Assembly: GCF_000143415.4 (NCBI RefSeq)
Contig: NW_003314353.1
Span: 658,371-722,370, forward strand
Source: Selaginella moellendorffii
Lineage: Eukaryota > Plantae > Lycopodiophyta
DNA: 64,000 nucleotides
Direction of reading: 5' to 3'
Positions 25,141-36,121 of this stretch are shown here, piece by piece (the stretch's first letter is position 1; each line of letters starts with the position of its first letter). Position numbers and translations under genes: made by a program. The notes under the pieces are model-generated. The model was given only the letters and a program-made list of their open reading frames with translations, made no database searches and was not told the DNA's origin.

Positions 25141-26130
25141 AAACGATCATTTTGGGCTTTTACCCCACAATTTGTATTAATATTCAGACTTGGTCTTGGA
25201 GTTGATCTTGGACTTGGTCCTAGATCCGGACCCAATCTCAGATTCAGACTTTACAAACTTCAATTGTGCTCATTTGAAGTTGTCTTGATGAACTCATCTG
25301 TATCTTGCATTAATCCAGTTATCTTGCAATGTCTGCCACACACGAATAGTGTCTCTGATAAATCCATAATATCCAAATTTGCATTATGCTTATCTTATGC
25401 ATCTTAGGATGATCACACAAGAGTGGTAGTGCTTGGGATTCTAGGAGAGAAAAGGAAAGTGAGAGAAAGTGAGGGAATGTCTCTCACTTGAATTCTCATT
25501 GTTTTCTTTCACCCTCAATGTGAAGAAGTAATTGTGTCTTACAACACCCTAAAACACATAGACTCTTTTGACTGACTTAATAGTTTTCCTCCTCAGAAAG
25601 GAAAACTAAGAAAGAGCTTCATGACACTGATCCCACAGGTACCAGGAAGGAGCAACAATAGAGAAGAGTGTGATATGCAAGAGACACTGTCTTTAAACTG
25701 AAAGGTGAAATACAAAGCAACTTACACAAGACCAAGAAAAATCAAAGGCAGGATCCCCCTTCTTCACTGACTTTTTTCCAAGCCATCCCTACTCACTCCC
25801 TTAGTCTTGCACGAAACACTGGAGGATTTCATGTCAGGAGCTGTAATCCGGAGGGATACTTTTCTGTTCTCATATGTCCCCTTGACCTGTCAAAATTAAG
25901 TTTAACAGTTCCCGAGCATTGGAACTTGTTTTCCAGTATTTCCTCCATACCAAGTGCTTTTCCATACTTTCTTCCTCCCCTAAGTCCACATGTATGTCTA
26001 GCGTATCATGTGTGCAGATCCTCCTCAACCCAGTTGAATTGGGTCCTCATCAGCTTGATTGCAAGCCATCCGCGAAGAAGATGATCCTGCTCCTAGCAAC
26101 ACAACACTGTTATTTACCTTTTTGCTAAAC

Positions 26131-26899
26131 TCACTTAAGCTGTCTGGAGCTCAAGCAAGCGTCCAGCACTCCGGAGTAAGCATACATGTTTGGTTTGGTT
26201 TCCATCTTTCGAAACATTTCCAGGGTGGTCTTTCCATCTCCGTGCTCCGAATAGGCCGTGATGATAGCTCCCCAGGCAACGATATCTTTGCGCACCATCA
26301 CGTCGAAGGCTTTGCGCACCATCCTCAACGCTGCCACACTTGGCATACATGTCCACCAAGCCAGTCGTGACGATGCTGCTGTTGCCGAAAGATGGTGCCT
26401 TTGCTCCGGTGGAAGATGCAACGATTAAGTGCGAGTGAATCGCCCGTCCCTCCTCGAGCGCGTCAGTTCCGAGCGCTCCACAGGCACCCAGAGCGATTGA
26501 GAAGATGAAGTCGTCCGGCTCCATTCTATCGTCCTTCATCTCCTGATAGGCATCGAGAGCGTCCCGGAAGAGCCCGTTCTGGAAGTAGGCGATGAGAATT
26601 GTCCAAGAGAAGACGTTCGTGGTGACTATCCGGTCGAAGGCACTTCGGGCTCGATCGAGCTCGCCGCATTTGCCATACATCTGGACGAGCAAATTCCCGA
26701 GAAACGTATCGCCATCGTAGCCGCGGGACTTGAGGAGGAAGTGGAGCCTCTTGCCTTCCCAGAGGTTCTGGCTGCTCCCGCATCTTCGCAAGGCCTCGGC
26801 GTAGCATTTGGTGGTGTCGCTGCTGCAGCGCAAACTTGGACTAGAACCCACTACAGCAACATCGCTGGCGAGGGAGCTGGAGCTCCAGACAGCGTCCAT
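26131..26899 (-). pseudogene. Truncated, frameshifted PLS-class PPR gene
   Basis: PLS motifs (GNLLVQMYGKCGELDRARSAFD, NVFSWTILI, GLVDMYAKCGSVED). After a +1 frameshift at ~26320 it continues as RKAFDVMVRKDIVAWGAIITAYSEHG, then stops. No E/DYW domain. Confidence 0.8.
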
Positions 26900-27244
26900 T
26901 CATTCCATCACAAACTTCTCCGCAAGCAATAGGTAAGGTTCTTTTGTGATTTAAAATCCACTGAAGTTCTGATTCTTTCTCTTGACATTCAGGATTGACA
27001 GCATCGCAATCAAGTCCCATTTTCATGGAACATACCGAAACACCAAGATGAAGGAATGATGGCAACCTATCAGCCAGGCAAGAAACTTCTCAAACTTCCA
27101 AACTTTCGTTTCAAAGAAACTTCTTGAAAGAGCCAACTTTGCAGTTCTAGCTGCAATCGCTAAGCTATTGCTGCGTACTATCGAAGCCTATAGGAGTCGT
27201 TGTCCTCGAAACTCTCCCCGCAGAGCTCTCTCAGCAAGATGATC

Positions 27245-27720
27245 TCAACAAAGCTCACGAACGACGAGGCTATGAGCTTTGTTGATGCTCATGAAATGTT
27301 CTCCTCAAGATCATCCACGAGCTGCCCAAGCACAATCTGATTCCTGCTCAACCGCTGCAGCGATTCCCGCAGAATCAACTTATCCTCGTGCTTCAGGCAG
27401 AAGGCTAAGGTCCTGTTCGTGAACTCAATCTCGCAGCCTAATCTCATCACCAGCCGCTTCATCATATCCAGATCTTGCACAACCACAAAAGTCCCCTAAG
27501 CAACATACTGCTTCTCCAGATCCACAAGCCGATGCTTCCGCCTCCTGCTAAGACGTAATTGATCGGAAGCGTAAACACTTTATTCCACGATGAGTGCAGC
27601 CACCGCAAGAAATGCAGCCAAATCTGCATCGTCGTTGGCTTTGTCCATAACCCCGTTGAACTCTTCGCTCGACACCATGACGCTGTGACCTGGTGCATTA
27701 ACATTCTGTGACAATTCATT
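27245..27720 (-). pseudogene. DUF677/UPF0496-family pseudogene (C-terminal part)
   Basis: GTFVVVQDLDMMKRLVMRLGCEIE...LVDDLEEN, then frameshift to SINKAHSLVVREL*, matches the DUF677 C-terminus pattern. Two in-frame stops upstream. Confidence 0.65.
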
Positions 27721-29941
27721 GTTTGTTCACTATAAGCGATCTAATGTTTCAGGTTTGGTTCAACAAAAAATACATCTAGACCATTCTATAAATGCTTTAG
27801 TATTTAGCTGTCTTAATCCCGCTCGTAAATTGGTTCTTAATGGTAACCTATATTATCTAAACAAATTTGACAACAATCGCCAAAGTTCCAAGATCGGCTT
27901 GCTCTTCTATAGTGGAAATGTTATCTATCTGCAAGTAAACAGATTCAACACCTGTTGAGAAATAATAAACAAACAAACCTCTAGTTCCCCCGCGTTCCAT
28001 GAGGTTTGTACACGAGAGAAAATGTCAGATATGAGCAGCACCTCATCACGATTTAGATGTCCCTGTAGAAAACAATTGAGCTTCAAGAACAACATCAAGA
28101 ACAAATTCTTACCCATTGCAGAGTTGCATAGCTCTCACAAGAACTTGAAAACTCCTGTAAACACCATCTTCAGACCTCTACTAATTGGACAGAGAAGTCC
28201 TTACCTTTAAGCTCCTCTGTCCAGCAACAGCAACCGACATCGCCCCTGGCCCAGCAACAGCCACCTTCCCGCTTTCATATATGGCTACCAGAGTTGTGTA
28301 AAGATGAGGAAGCCAATCATTTTCCTGAACAGATACAAGTTAGCCGAATGCACATTTCAACATACGTTACCTTGACTGTACTTATGGGATCAGGGTCTAA
28401 TGGCAAAGGATCCATTAGGTGTAAATCTCCTAGAAAAGCTTAAGAATCCATTATAGAATATGGTGCTAGATCTCAAATGAACTCATTTTCTCATTTTGAG
28501 CTTTTTACTCATGAGTTCTACACATTCCCCAAGCTTCTCACTATCAATTTCAACTACTAAAAGCCATCTCCTAGATCAAGATTTTACATTTGAGGAGGCC
28601 TAATCTCCTAAATTTAGACTTCTTGAAAATTCATTTAGATTAGTGTTATTTAAACTTGAGGATGCTTAACCTTTAATATATTTGTCTCTAATGTGTATAT
28701 CTTCCACCACCTGGTTCATATGTTTAGTCTACCTATCCGTTTAAGGATGATTATTATATGATAGAGTTATAAACATGGTTTTGTCATCATTTGAGTAAAG
28801 TGGTCAATGAGTTTGGGTAGTTAGTTGAGCATGATCATTAATCAAGTAAATATAATTGATGCATTCCTTGAGTATGAACTCAAAATGCCTAAAACTTGTG
28901 TTGAATGCCTTCTTGGAGATACACATGTCATCCTTTGCAATCTGATGATCCATTCTTTAAATCAATCTTGGTAAATATTTGGGTATCAAGTTTTATTATG
29001 ATTATAAATAAACTTTTAAGAGCAGTAAATCATAACTATTGATTTAAAAAAATCATAAAATATACCTAGATATTCTTGCTTTATCCTTTACACCTTATAA
29101 GAAATATATGTTTCTATTTGTATAAAAGTATTATAGATTTTAAAATTTTAATTTTTTTACTTAAACTATATTACTATCCTAAATTAAAATGATAATTAAT
29201 TAATTTAATTATCTAATTTATCAAGAAAAGGCTCAACAATTTAAACTAAAATTATATTAATCCTTAAGAAATTTACAAATCTACCTATGTAGTAAAGTAA
29301 GATATTAGAGTGAATAATAAAAGATTGATTAGGATAATTTATAAAATCAAATTCCTTTTTTATAAAATAATGTATTTAGGATGAAAATATTTGACAAGTA
29401 AATGTGTAAGTTACAAAGTTTTCCTTTCCAATTTGCTAGCTTACCTCATCTATCCAACCACCACAACCTTGGCCTTAGTTAAGTTCCTTCGCTAAGGTTC
29501 CCGCCTAATGTACTAACTCCTACTTAGTCCTACTTAGTTTTAGTAACTCACTACACGAGCAATAGAGTGTTAGCCATCCATCCACGGATTCCCAAATTCT
29601 CTCTTAATCCCCCTCTCTGAGTTAGATTTAACTTAAAGTTCATCTACACTCCCCGAAGGCACAAACAGCCAAGCACACCAAGCTTTTAAATTTTTAACAT
29701 CCCTTGGTACAACAAAACTTAATCATAGGACATTTTAAATCCCAAACCTTAGGTGCAATACTTGTTTTGGGACACCAAGGGGAAACACCATGGCCTAATA
29801 ACCTAATATGGGTACCCTTACTCCCCCACTTCCATCCCGAACAGAAGGCCCAAGGACCAATGAGTTGCAAAGTATTTAAATGGGACACCACTTCACATGA
29901 GCCGGGAGCATTACAGTTGGTTTCCCTTCCGAAAGTAAGAG

Positions 29942-30431
29942 TTACTTTTGAACACTTCCTTGGGTGGCCCCTCCAGCACCACCCAAGTCAGTGAGCAACT
30001 CCAAAGAGTGAGACATGGTAACTCTTTCCTGGATGCAACGTTTAGCCAAAGCAGCACCATCACTTGCAATCTCCATGGCAGTCCTGCCACCAGCAACCGA
30101 AATATCTGCTTTTTTTGCCAGTTCTCGAATGATTCCTGTGTTGGCATCGCAAATATCCTGACGGAGCTGTGCAATGCTGACTGTTTCATCGCTGATCTTC
30201 TTGAGCAGATCACCAGATTTCTGTGTCATTGCATCATTCCAGGCATGGTTGCGAGCAATTGACAAAACTGTCAAATACAGAAAATGATTCAGAAGAGAGC
30301 TTACCTTCTTCCTCGTTGCCCGATTGCAACGCAACGCAATCATGCCGAGAACAAGCCAGCAGCAATGCCAGAACACTGAACGAAAGTGATTCCACATGAT
30401 CATTTTGTTTTCTAGCTTCAAAACATACCAT
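29942..30431 (-). CDS. Orphan helical protein, possibly secreted (2 exons, 37-nt intron ~30268-30304); start uncertain
   Basis: GAAG|GTAAG...TTTGACAG|TT joins VLALLLACSRHDCVALQSGNEEE to VLSIARNHAWNDAMTQ...GSVQK* in frame. Coding-like composition. Confidence 0.45.
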
Positions 30432-30453
30432 TTGCTGTCAGGCCCTCTTTAAT

Positions 30454-30469
30454 TAGGGTTAGGGTTAGG
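30454..30469. promoter_or_regulatory. Telo-box-like tandem TTAGGG motif between two divergent ORFs
   Basis: TTAGGGTTAGGGTTAGG directly upstream of ATG 30474. Confidence 0.45.
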
Positions 30470-30473
30470 AGCG

Positions 30474-31072
30474 ATGGCGATGGTAATCGGGCGGTCCAAG
30501 ACATTTTCCGTTGCGCGAAAGGCTGTGAGAGCATTCCAGGATCCGAAGACGGGTGTCAATTGTGTTCAGCGGGATAACAACCCAACAATGGCTTCTCATG
30601 TATGTACTGTGATTATGCGATTATCTGTTTGTATCAATTCCTTTCAGACTTTCATGGCGAGCACAGAGATTAAGGGAGAGCCAGTGACAATCATACTTTC
30701 TCACGTTTACAGCGGTGATCACTCGAGTATGTTGTTTTCCTTCGATTTTTTTTGAAGCTTATACTTGCTTACAGAGGTTCTGCGGCTTTGTGATTTCCGG
30801 CTTGCTTCCTTCAAGAGGCACCTCCATCAGCTTGCCAATGGGATAAATATCAACAGTGTGATGAGCCTCTACTCCAAGTAAGCTTTTCATTCAAGATGCT
30901 GCTTTGTATCTTCAGTTTCTGCAGTGTGGAGAAGGAGCTCCGTGAGCATGTTACAAGGGACATGCCGGAGAGAGAGGCGTATTGCAAGACACTAGACATT
31001 GATCCTGAAATAGATATAACTAACTATTCTAGGAGTTTTTTTTGGTTTCTGCATCTACCTACCCAGAAGTAA
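30474..31072 (+). CDS. Orphan 4-exon gene, 151 aa (exons 30474-30599, 30648-30726, 30775-30877, 30925-31072)
   Basis: Three GT-AG introns of 48, 48 and 47 nt keep a single open frame: MAMVIGRSKTFSVARKAVRAFQDPKTG...KVLRLCDFRLASFKRHLHQ...NVEKELREHVTRDMPEREAYC...LPTQK*. Confidence 0.7.
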
Positions 31073-31399
31073 AAGTTGGATTATGGAATAATCAAGGTTG
31101 CCTTCTTGTAAAACATCTTAAGCTCACAATACTCCCCTAGGGTAATGATTTCTGTGAAGATCTTCTCCAGCTGTTCAGTTCAGAGGCCCAAAGGATGGAT
31201 CAGGTTGAAGAAATCATCCAAACAGCTCTCCTATAGAAAAATTCCATCTATACTTTCAATTTCATATTGTGTTATAAGAATCAGGTACAATGAATTTAAG
31301 ACTTATTAAGTTATGTCTCTTAATTTCCATACAAATTCCGCTAAATTATTGGAATTATTTGTTCTTTTCAACTCATAATTTTAATTTTGATCCTTCAGT

Positions 31400-33682
31400 T
31401 TATTCCTCATTCAAAGAAAGAATTACCAGAGACAAGGGAAATATTAGCTCTGGATTTCTTTTAAGATATAAGCAAAACGTTGCATGGTCCATCCGGTCGG
31501 TTTGTTTACAAAATTGATCCACAAGCACCTGCAGTGTTAAAATGAATCTAAATGATGCTGCAGTGTATGAAAGCCACCTTGCTTGTAGATCCAGCACAAT
31601 TCCTCTCCAAAAGTGTGGCAACCTTTCAAGAAAGAACACAAGATTTAAAGCAAAAGTGTGAGACAAAAAAGCTTACCTTGTCCATGAGAAGCATTTCGTC
31701 GCTGTTCTTGTGGACCGCATGGCAAAACGTCAAATCCAGCAGCTTCAAAAAGCTTGCATTTCTGGACAAAGATACTGATGCGGCCACAAACTGCATCAAT
31801 CAGCCAGTGTTGGGAGCAAACCAGTAGTGACAATGCTTACCTCTTGGAAGGTGACGAATTCATGCTTTTTCCTGTCAAACATCGCAAAAGCCTGTGAATT
31901 TCTGATGTGAGTAGCCAGTTTTCTTAAGACATATCGATCTTCGCTTCTTACCTGCTCTCCGAATGGAGAATGTGTAAGTCCCAGGCTTTGCAAGAACTCA
32001 AACCTCGTCAGTTGCCCACTACATGAGTAGAAGAGGATTATGTGAACAGGAAAAGAGCAGGTTGATAGATTTACCTGCGAGATGAATTCATGATTGAGAA
32101 TTTCTCCAAATAGTAGAGTGCGTCGGCGTCTGTAAGCTGGAGTTGCTACGAGAAAACTTGGGAGGTCAGGCCTGAGATCTCTGAGAACAACTCTGTAAGA
32201 AAGGACTCGATGCCGATAACTTACCGTGTCCATTTTTCTCATTTCAAGTGTGAACGAGGTTGAAAAAGGCTAAAGAAAGAGCAAACTAAATAAACTCACA
32301 AGATTCAAGGACGTACCATTTTCAGCGACAACGATCTTGCAGAAAGGAGTAAATCACCATAACTGTGTTCCGTTTCCGGAACGTTGAGGCTCCTTGCCAT
32401 TGCATATCTCACCTGAAAATCAAAAGAATGATAAGTATGAGTATTAGTTTCAAGCACGTTTACCCTTTGTGCATAATCCGCTGGATGGGACTTTTCATGC
32501 GACGAGGGATATATAACAGGAAGATAATGAACCTGCTTGCCCACAAAATGGTTTTTTAAGCTTAGACAAAAATTCGTCTGACCTGCATAAAATTGTGAAA
32601 TTGAAGCAGCATCCGAGGGATCAAGCTTTTCAGAGAGATGTTGCCCCTGTGAAGCAAATGGATGAGAGGCTATCAAGTTGGTGTTTCAAGCACATACCAG
32701 GATAGATCAAAATGAACGTGCGGGTACTTAACCACAACAGGTTGTATTGGAAATCCAGGAACGAAGGCACCGGGCTTAAACGATATCAGAGCCTTTCCAT
32801 TTGTTGTAGTAGCCTCGGGAAATAAAAGAAGACGAGGAAAATCGCTACACATCGCTCTTCTCTGCATGAGCATCCATAAAATGTAGTGTTACATCCAGCC
32901 AAAGAGAAAATACTTTACCTTGATTTCCGCGATGGCGCTTTTCCTTGAAGCTGGAGATAACCTATCCACGGGAATCACCTGAACACACCAAACTGTGATT
33001 TCATTTATCAGATCGAAAGTGGCACCTAATACCTGCATTGATCTTATTATGGTGCCGACGAAAAGACGATCATTGTGTGAACTCGAGCTCACGATGGTCG
33101 GGAAGAGTTCGAAGAAGTAGAACATAGGATCGATGAACGATACATGGTTTGACACCAGGATGGGAGCGACTTCTCTGGGAGCAGGCCTTCCAATGCGCTG
33201 AATCCAATGGAACCTGGATAAACCAGAACAAAAGTGTGAGAACAAGAAGATCGACAGAAGAACTAGAAGAAGAAAGGAAAGACAGGCAAAGAAATAGTAG
33301 AAGAAAAGCTTACGCACCCAAAGCAGAAGAGTATACCTCGAGCGCAAACTCGAGTGCCCCACATTATATCTCGTCTCCATCGCGGCATGGCCTTGTGGTC
33401 ACTCTCCCAGCGCCATAGCGCCAGCTTCGTGCACAGGAATCCCAGGAACAAGAAAACTCCAATGAGAATGACTCTCACCACCAGCAGCGGCGAGCACAGC
33501 ACCGCCTTGAAGACCTCCCAGGCTCCACCAAACTTGTAGCTACTGTTCCGGAAAGGATCCACGGGCGAGCTGGCCGGCAGTGGAGGCAAGTCCTTGAATT
33601 CCCAGGCGCTCCACCACTTTACCTTGGAATTGGGCGAAGAGATAGCGCTCCTCCCAGAGTCTTGGACGTCGACCACACACAT
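31400..33682 (-). CDS. LPEAT2: Lysophospholipid acyltransferase LPEAT2 (PlsC domain + EF-hands), multi-exon
   Basis: Acyltransferase motifs VSNHVSFID and LLFPEATTTNG, PIQPVVVKYPHVHFDLSW, GNISLKSLIPRM, EF-hand AFAMFDRKKHEFVTFQE. Many short GT-AG introns. Confidence 0.92.
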
Positions 33683-33920
33683 GTCGGTGGAATTGCTTCC
33701 TCCTCAAATCTAGAGCTGCTAAGACAGCCAAGCTTGCATTGACGCTGTCATGGTCGTGGAGNNNNNNNNNNNNNNNNNNNNNNNNNNNNNNNNNNNNNNN
33801 NNNNNNNNNNNNNNNNNNNNNNNNNNNNNNNNNNNNNNNNNNNNNNNNNNNNNNNNNNNNNCCCTCCCGAAGATTTGGCGCGGCGCCAAGAGAGAATGCT
33901 ATCGATCGCTACGAGAAGAA

Positions 33921-33934
33921 GCCCAAAACCCTAG
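33921..33934. promoter_or_regulatory. Site II (GCCCA) + telo-box (AAACCCTA) module upstream of LPEAT2
   Basis: GCCCAAAACCCTAG between LPEAT2 and RRP1. Confidence 0.4.
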
Positions 33935-34171
33935 ATTGACGGAGGTGCATGTGTCTCACGTTTACCTTTGTAAGGAGACACATACGCGTTACGCGCCACA
34001 CACACATGGGAAAAAATCGTATGGAGAATGGCCTAGACACTTTCCGTACGCATGGTCCAGCAACAAAGAATTTCATTTCACGCCATTTTTTCTTACCATT
34101 GTTGGAAAGAATTTCACCCCGTTTTTTCTTACCATCGTTGGTCAAATAATTTCACCCAGAATTTGTTTTTC

Positions 34172-35833
34172 TTACCATCGTAGAGCTTTCTTCTTTGGCG
34201 AGGATCTCTTTGGCCCTGGCGTGGCCTTTCCGCCCCTCCTTTGCTTTGGCGATGGCGATGGAGTGTTCTTCCTCTTTGGCGAGAACTTCCTTGGCGAGAA
34301 CATCCTTGGCGAGACGTGAGAGATCGGCCCTGGCAAGAGCCCCTGCTTCAGAGCGCTGGCCTTTGGAGTGGAATCCAAGGCCAGAGGAGTCATCCTGAAA
34401 GGCTTGCCAAACTTCCACGTAGTGTTGCTCTTGAGCGAGAACCTCACTTTCTTCGCCTTCTTGCCGGTGCTCGTCTCGCCCGCGTCGGTGTTGCTCTCGG
34501 CCACCGCTGGAGAATCGTCGTCCTTGGAGCTCTTTCTCTTCTTGCTGGCGGTGTGGAGCGGAGAAACTGGCGCTTTCCTGTTTATCTTCTTGGAGCCTGC
34601 TGGAGATCCGAGCTCCTCCGGAGCAGCAGCAGATGAGACCATCGGGGTCTCGTCCGGAAGAACAATCGCCTTAGTCTCCGCGTTCTTCTTCTTCTTCTTC
34701 GGTTTTTCCCCGATGAGAGGAGAGAGAACCATCTCCAGAGGAGGGACTGAAGCACCACCATCGCCATTTTCCTCCACAGCAACCTCGAACTTCTTCTCCA
34801 AGTTGGAGACCACCGGGTCATCCTGTTTCACGGTAGCCTCTGGACTTTTCACCTCGGCACTAGCTGGTGCCGCACTGCTGGCTGATTTTTCCATCTTGGA
34901 GATCTTGGCACTAGTTGGTGCCGCAATGCTGGCTGGTTTTTCCATCTTGGACGTAGCAGCAGCTGCAGTCGCCAGAGCTTTCAGGTCCAAACTCCTTTTG
35001 ATCTTCTTAAAGTCCTCGGAGAGAGCGTACAGCACCTTGCGATTTCCCTGTAGAGTGTCCGCTGAAGCTGCGAGCTCGAAAAGCCTCTTTTCCATTGGCA
35101 GACTGGTCACGAACTCGGCCAACTTGTTCTCGGACTTGACACTCTCCCTCGCAGCCTCCAAAAGACGATCAAAAACTCCTTCTTTGACGCGCTTCAGCAC
35201 ATTCTTGTCCGGACCAAGCGCAAGAGTTGCATAGAAAGGCTCCAGAAGAATGCCGAGAACTTCTTTCTCCTCCGGAAGAACACCATCAAGTTGCTCCAAG
35301 AAAATGTCCGCCAGATGCATACTACACCCCTGGGCCGGGAAGAGATCGTTGGAGAGAAAAGCCCGATTTTTCAAAGCGTCCATGTAGCGCTGGACAATCT
35401 CCTTGTCCCATCTCTGCTGCCTGAGTGCCATGAACATAGAACTCACGAACTTCCGCTGGAGAAGATAGAACTTGTCCATCCTCAAATGGTCTATCCCGCC
35501 CCATTCTCTCCGCATTGTGCCCAAATACCCCTCAAAGAACTGGAGTGCTAATTCGCTCGGAAGGCGCTGTATAAGCGATGCGAGGCGCTCCGCAAGATCT
35601 GCCTGGACAATCGCCTTGTCTGCGTGCCAGTAGCAGTAGAAAAGCCCCTTCCAGATCTTCCTCAGGTCGGCTTCGTCCACGGAAGTCCGGCATTCTAACC
35701 AGCTCGCCAGGAGCTCCACTGCGCGATCGCGTACCTTCTTGTCGACCGATGCCAGGCGCCGTGGAAGGCCGCCCGATTGGATTTCCAGCTCGCCGCCTGC
35801 CGCCAAGGGCTTGCTCTTGTTCTTCGCGACCAT
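34172..35833 (-). CDS. RRP1: Ribosomal RNA processing protein RRP1/Nop52 homolog, intronless
   Basis: Nop52 motifs LRKIWKGLFYCYWHADKAIVQ and MRREWGGIDHLRMDKFYLL. Basic low-complexity tail with KKVRFSLKSN. Confidence 0.93.
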   Translation of the reverse strand: MVAKNKSKPLAAGGELEIQSGGLPRRLASVDKKVRDRAVELLASWLECRTSVDEADLRKIWKGLFYCYWHADKAIVQADLAERLASLIQRLPSELALQFFEGYLGTMRREWGGIDHLRMDKFYLLQRKFVSSMFMALRQQRWDKEIVQRYMDALKNRAFLSNDLFPAQGCSMHLADIFLEQLDGVLPEEKEVLGILLEPFYATLALGPDKNVLKRVKEGVFDRLLEAARESVKSENKLAEFVTSLPMEKRLFELAASADTLQGNRKVLYALSEDFKKIKRSLDLKALATAAAATSKMEKPASIAAPTSAKISKMEKSASSAAPASAEVKSPEATVKQDDPVVSNLEKKFEVAVEENGDGGASVPPLEMVLSPLIGEKPKKKKKNAETKAIVLPDETPMVSSAAAPEELGSPAGSKKINRKAPVSPLHTASKKRKSSKDDDSPAVAESNTDAGETSTGKKAKKVRFSLKSNTTWKFGKPFRMTPLALDSTPKASALKQGLLPGPISHVSPRMFSPRKFSPKRKNTPSPSPKQRRGGKATPGPKRSSPKKKALRW

Positions 35834-36121
35834 CGCTACGCCGCAACTCTCTGCGAAGAACCCTAAACCTTGAAATCAAAATAGACGGTGCCGTCAATAA
35901 CGTTCAAAAGTCGGTATATTCTGCTAACATTGTAAATGCCGACTAAACCAATGGTGGATAATGTATGCTTTAGTTAAGCCAGTGGTTTTCTAAGGCTAGG
36001 GTTTTCGGGGCCTCCATTCAACGATCAAGCGATGGCGTCGTCCTGGCTAATCTGATCGTCCAATCGCCCAAGACTTCCCAGGCAGCTGGAAATCTTGAAG
36101 CGCTGGTAAGGAAATCTCGGG

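Noticed and set aside
29704-29994. GETPWPNNLIW reminiscent of plastid petD GEPAWPNDLLY
   Set aside because: Flanking residues do not align; chance similarity.
33739-34319. ORFs spanning the N run (also 243-623)
   Set aside because: Artefacts of translating through assembly gaps.
34368-35234. 288-aa plus-strand ORF
   Set aside because: Antisense shadow of RRP1 in GC-rich coding DNA; no motifs.
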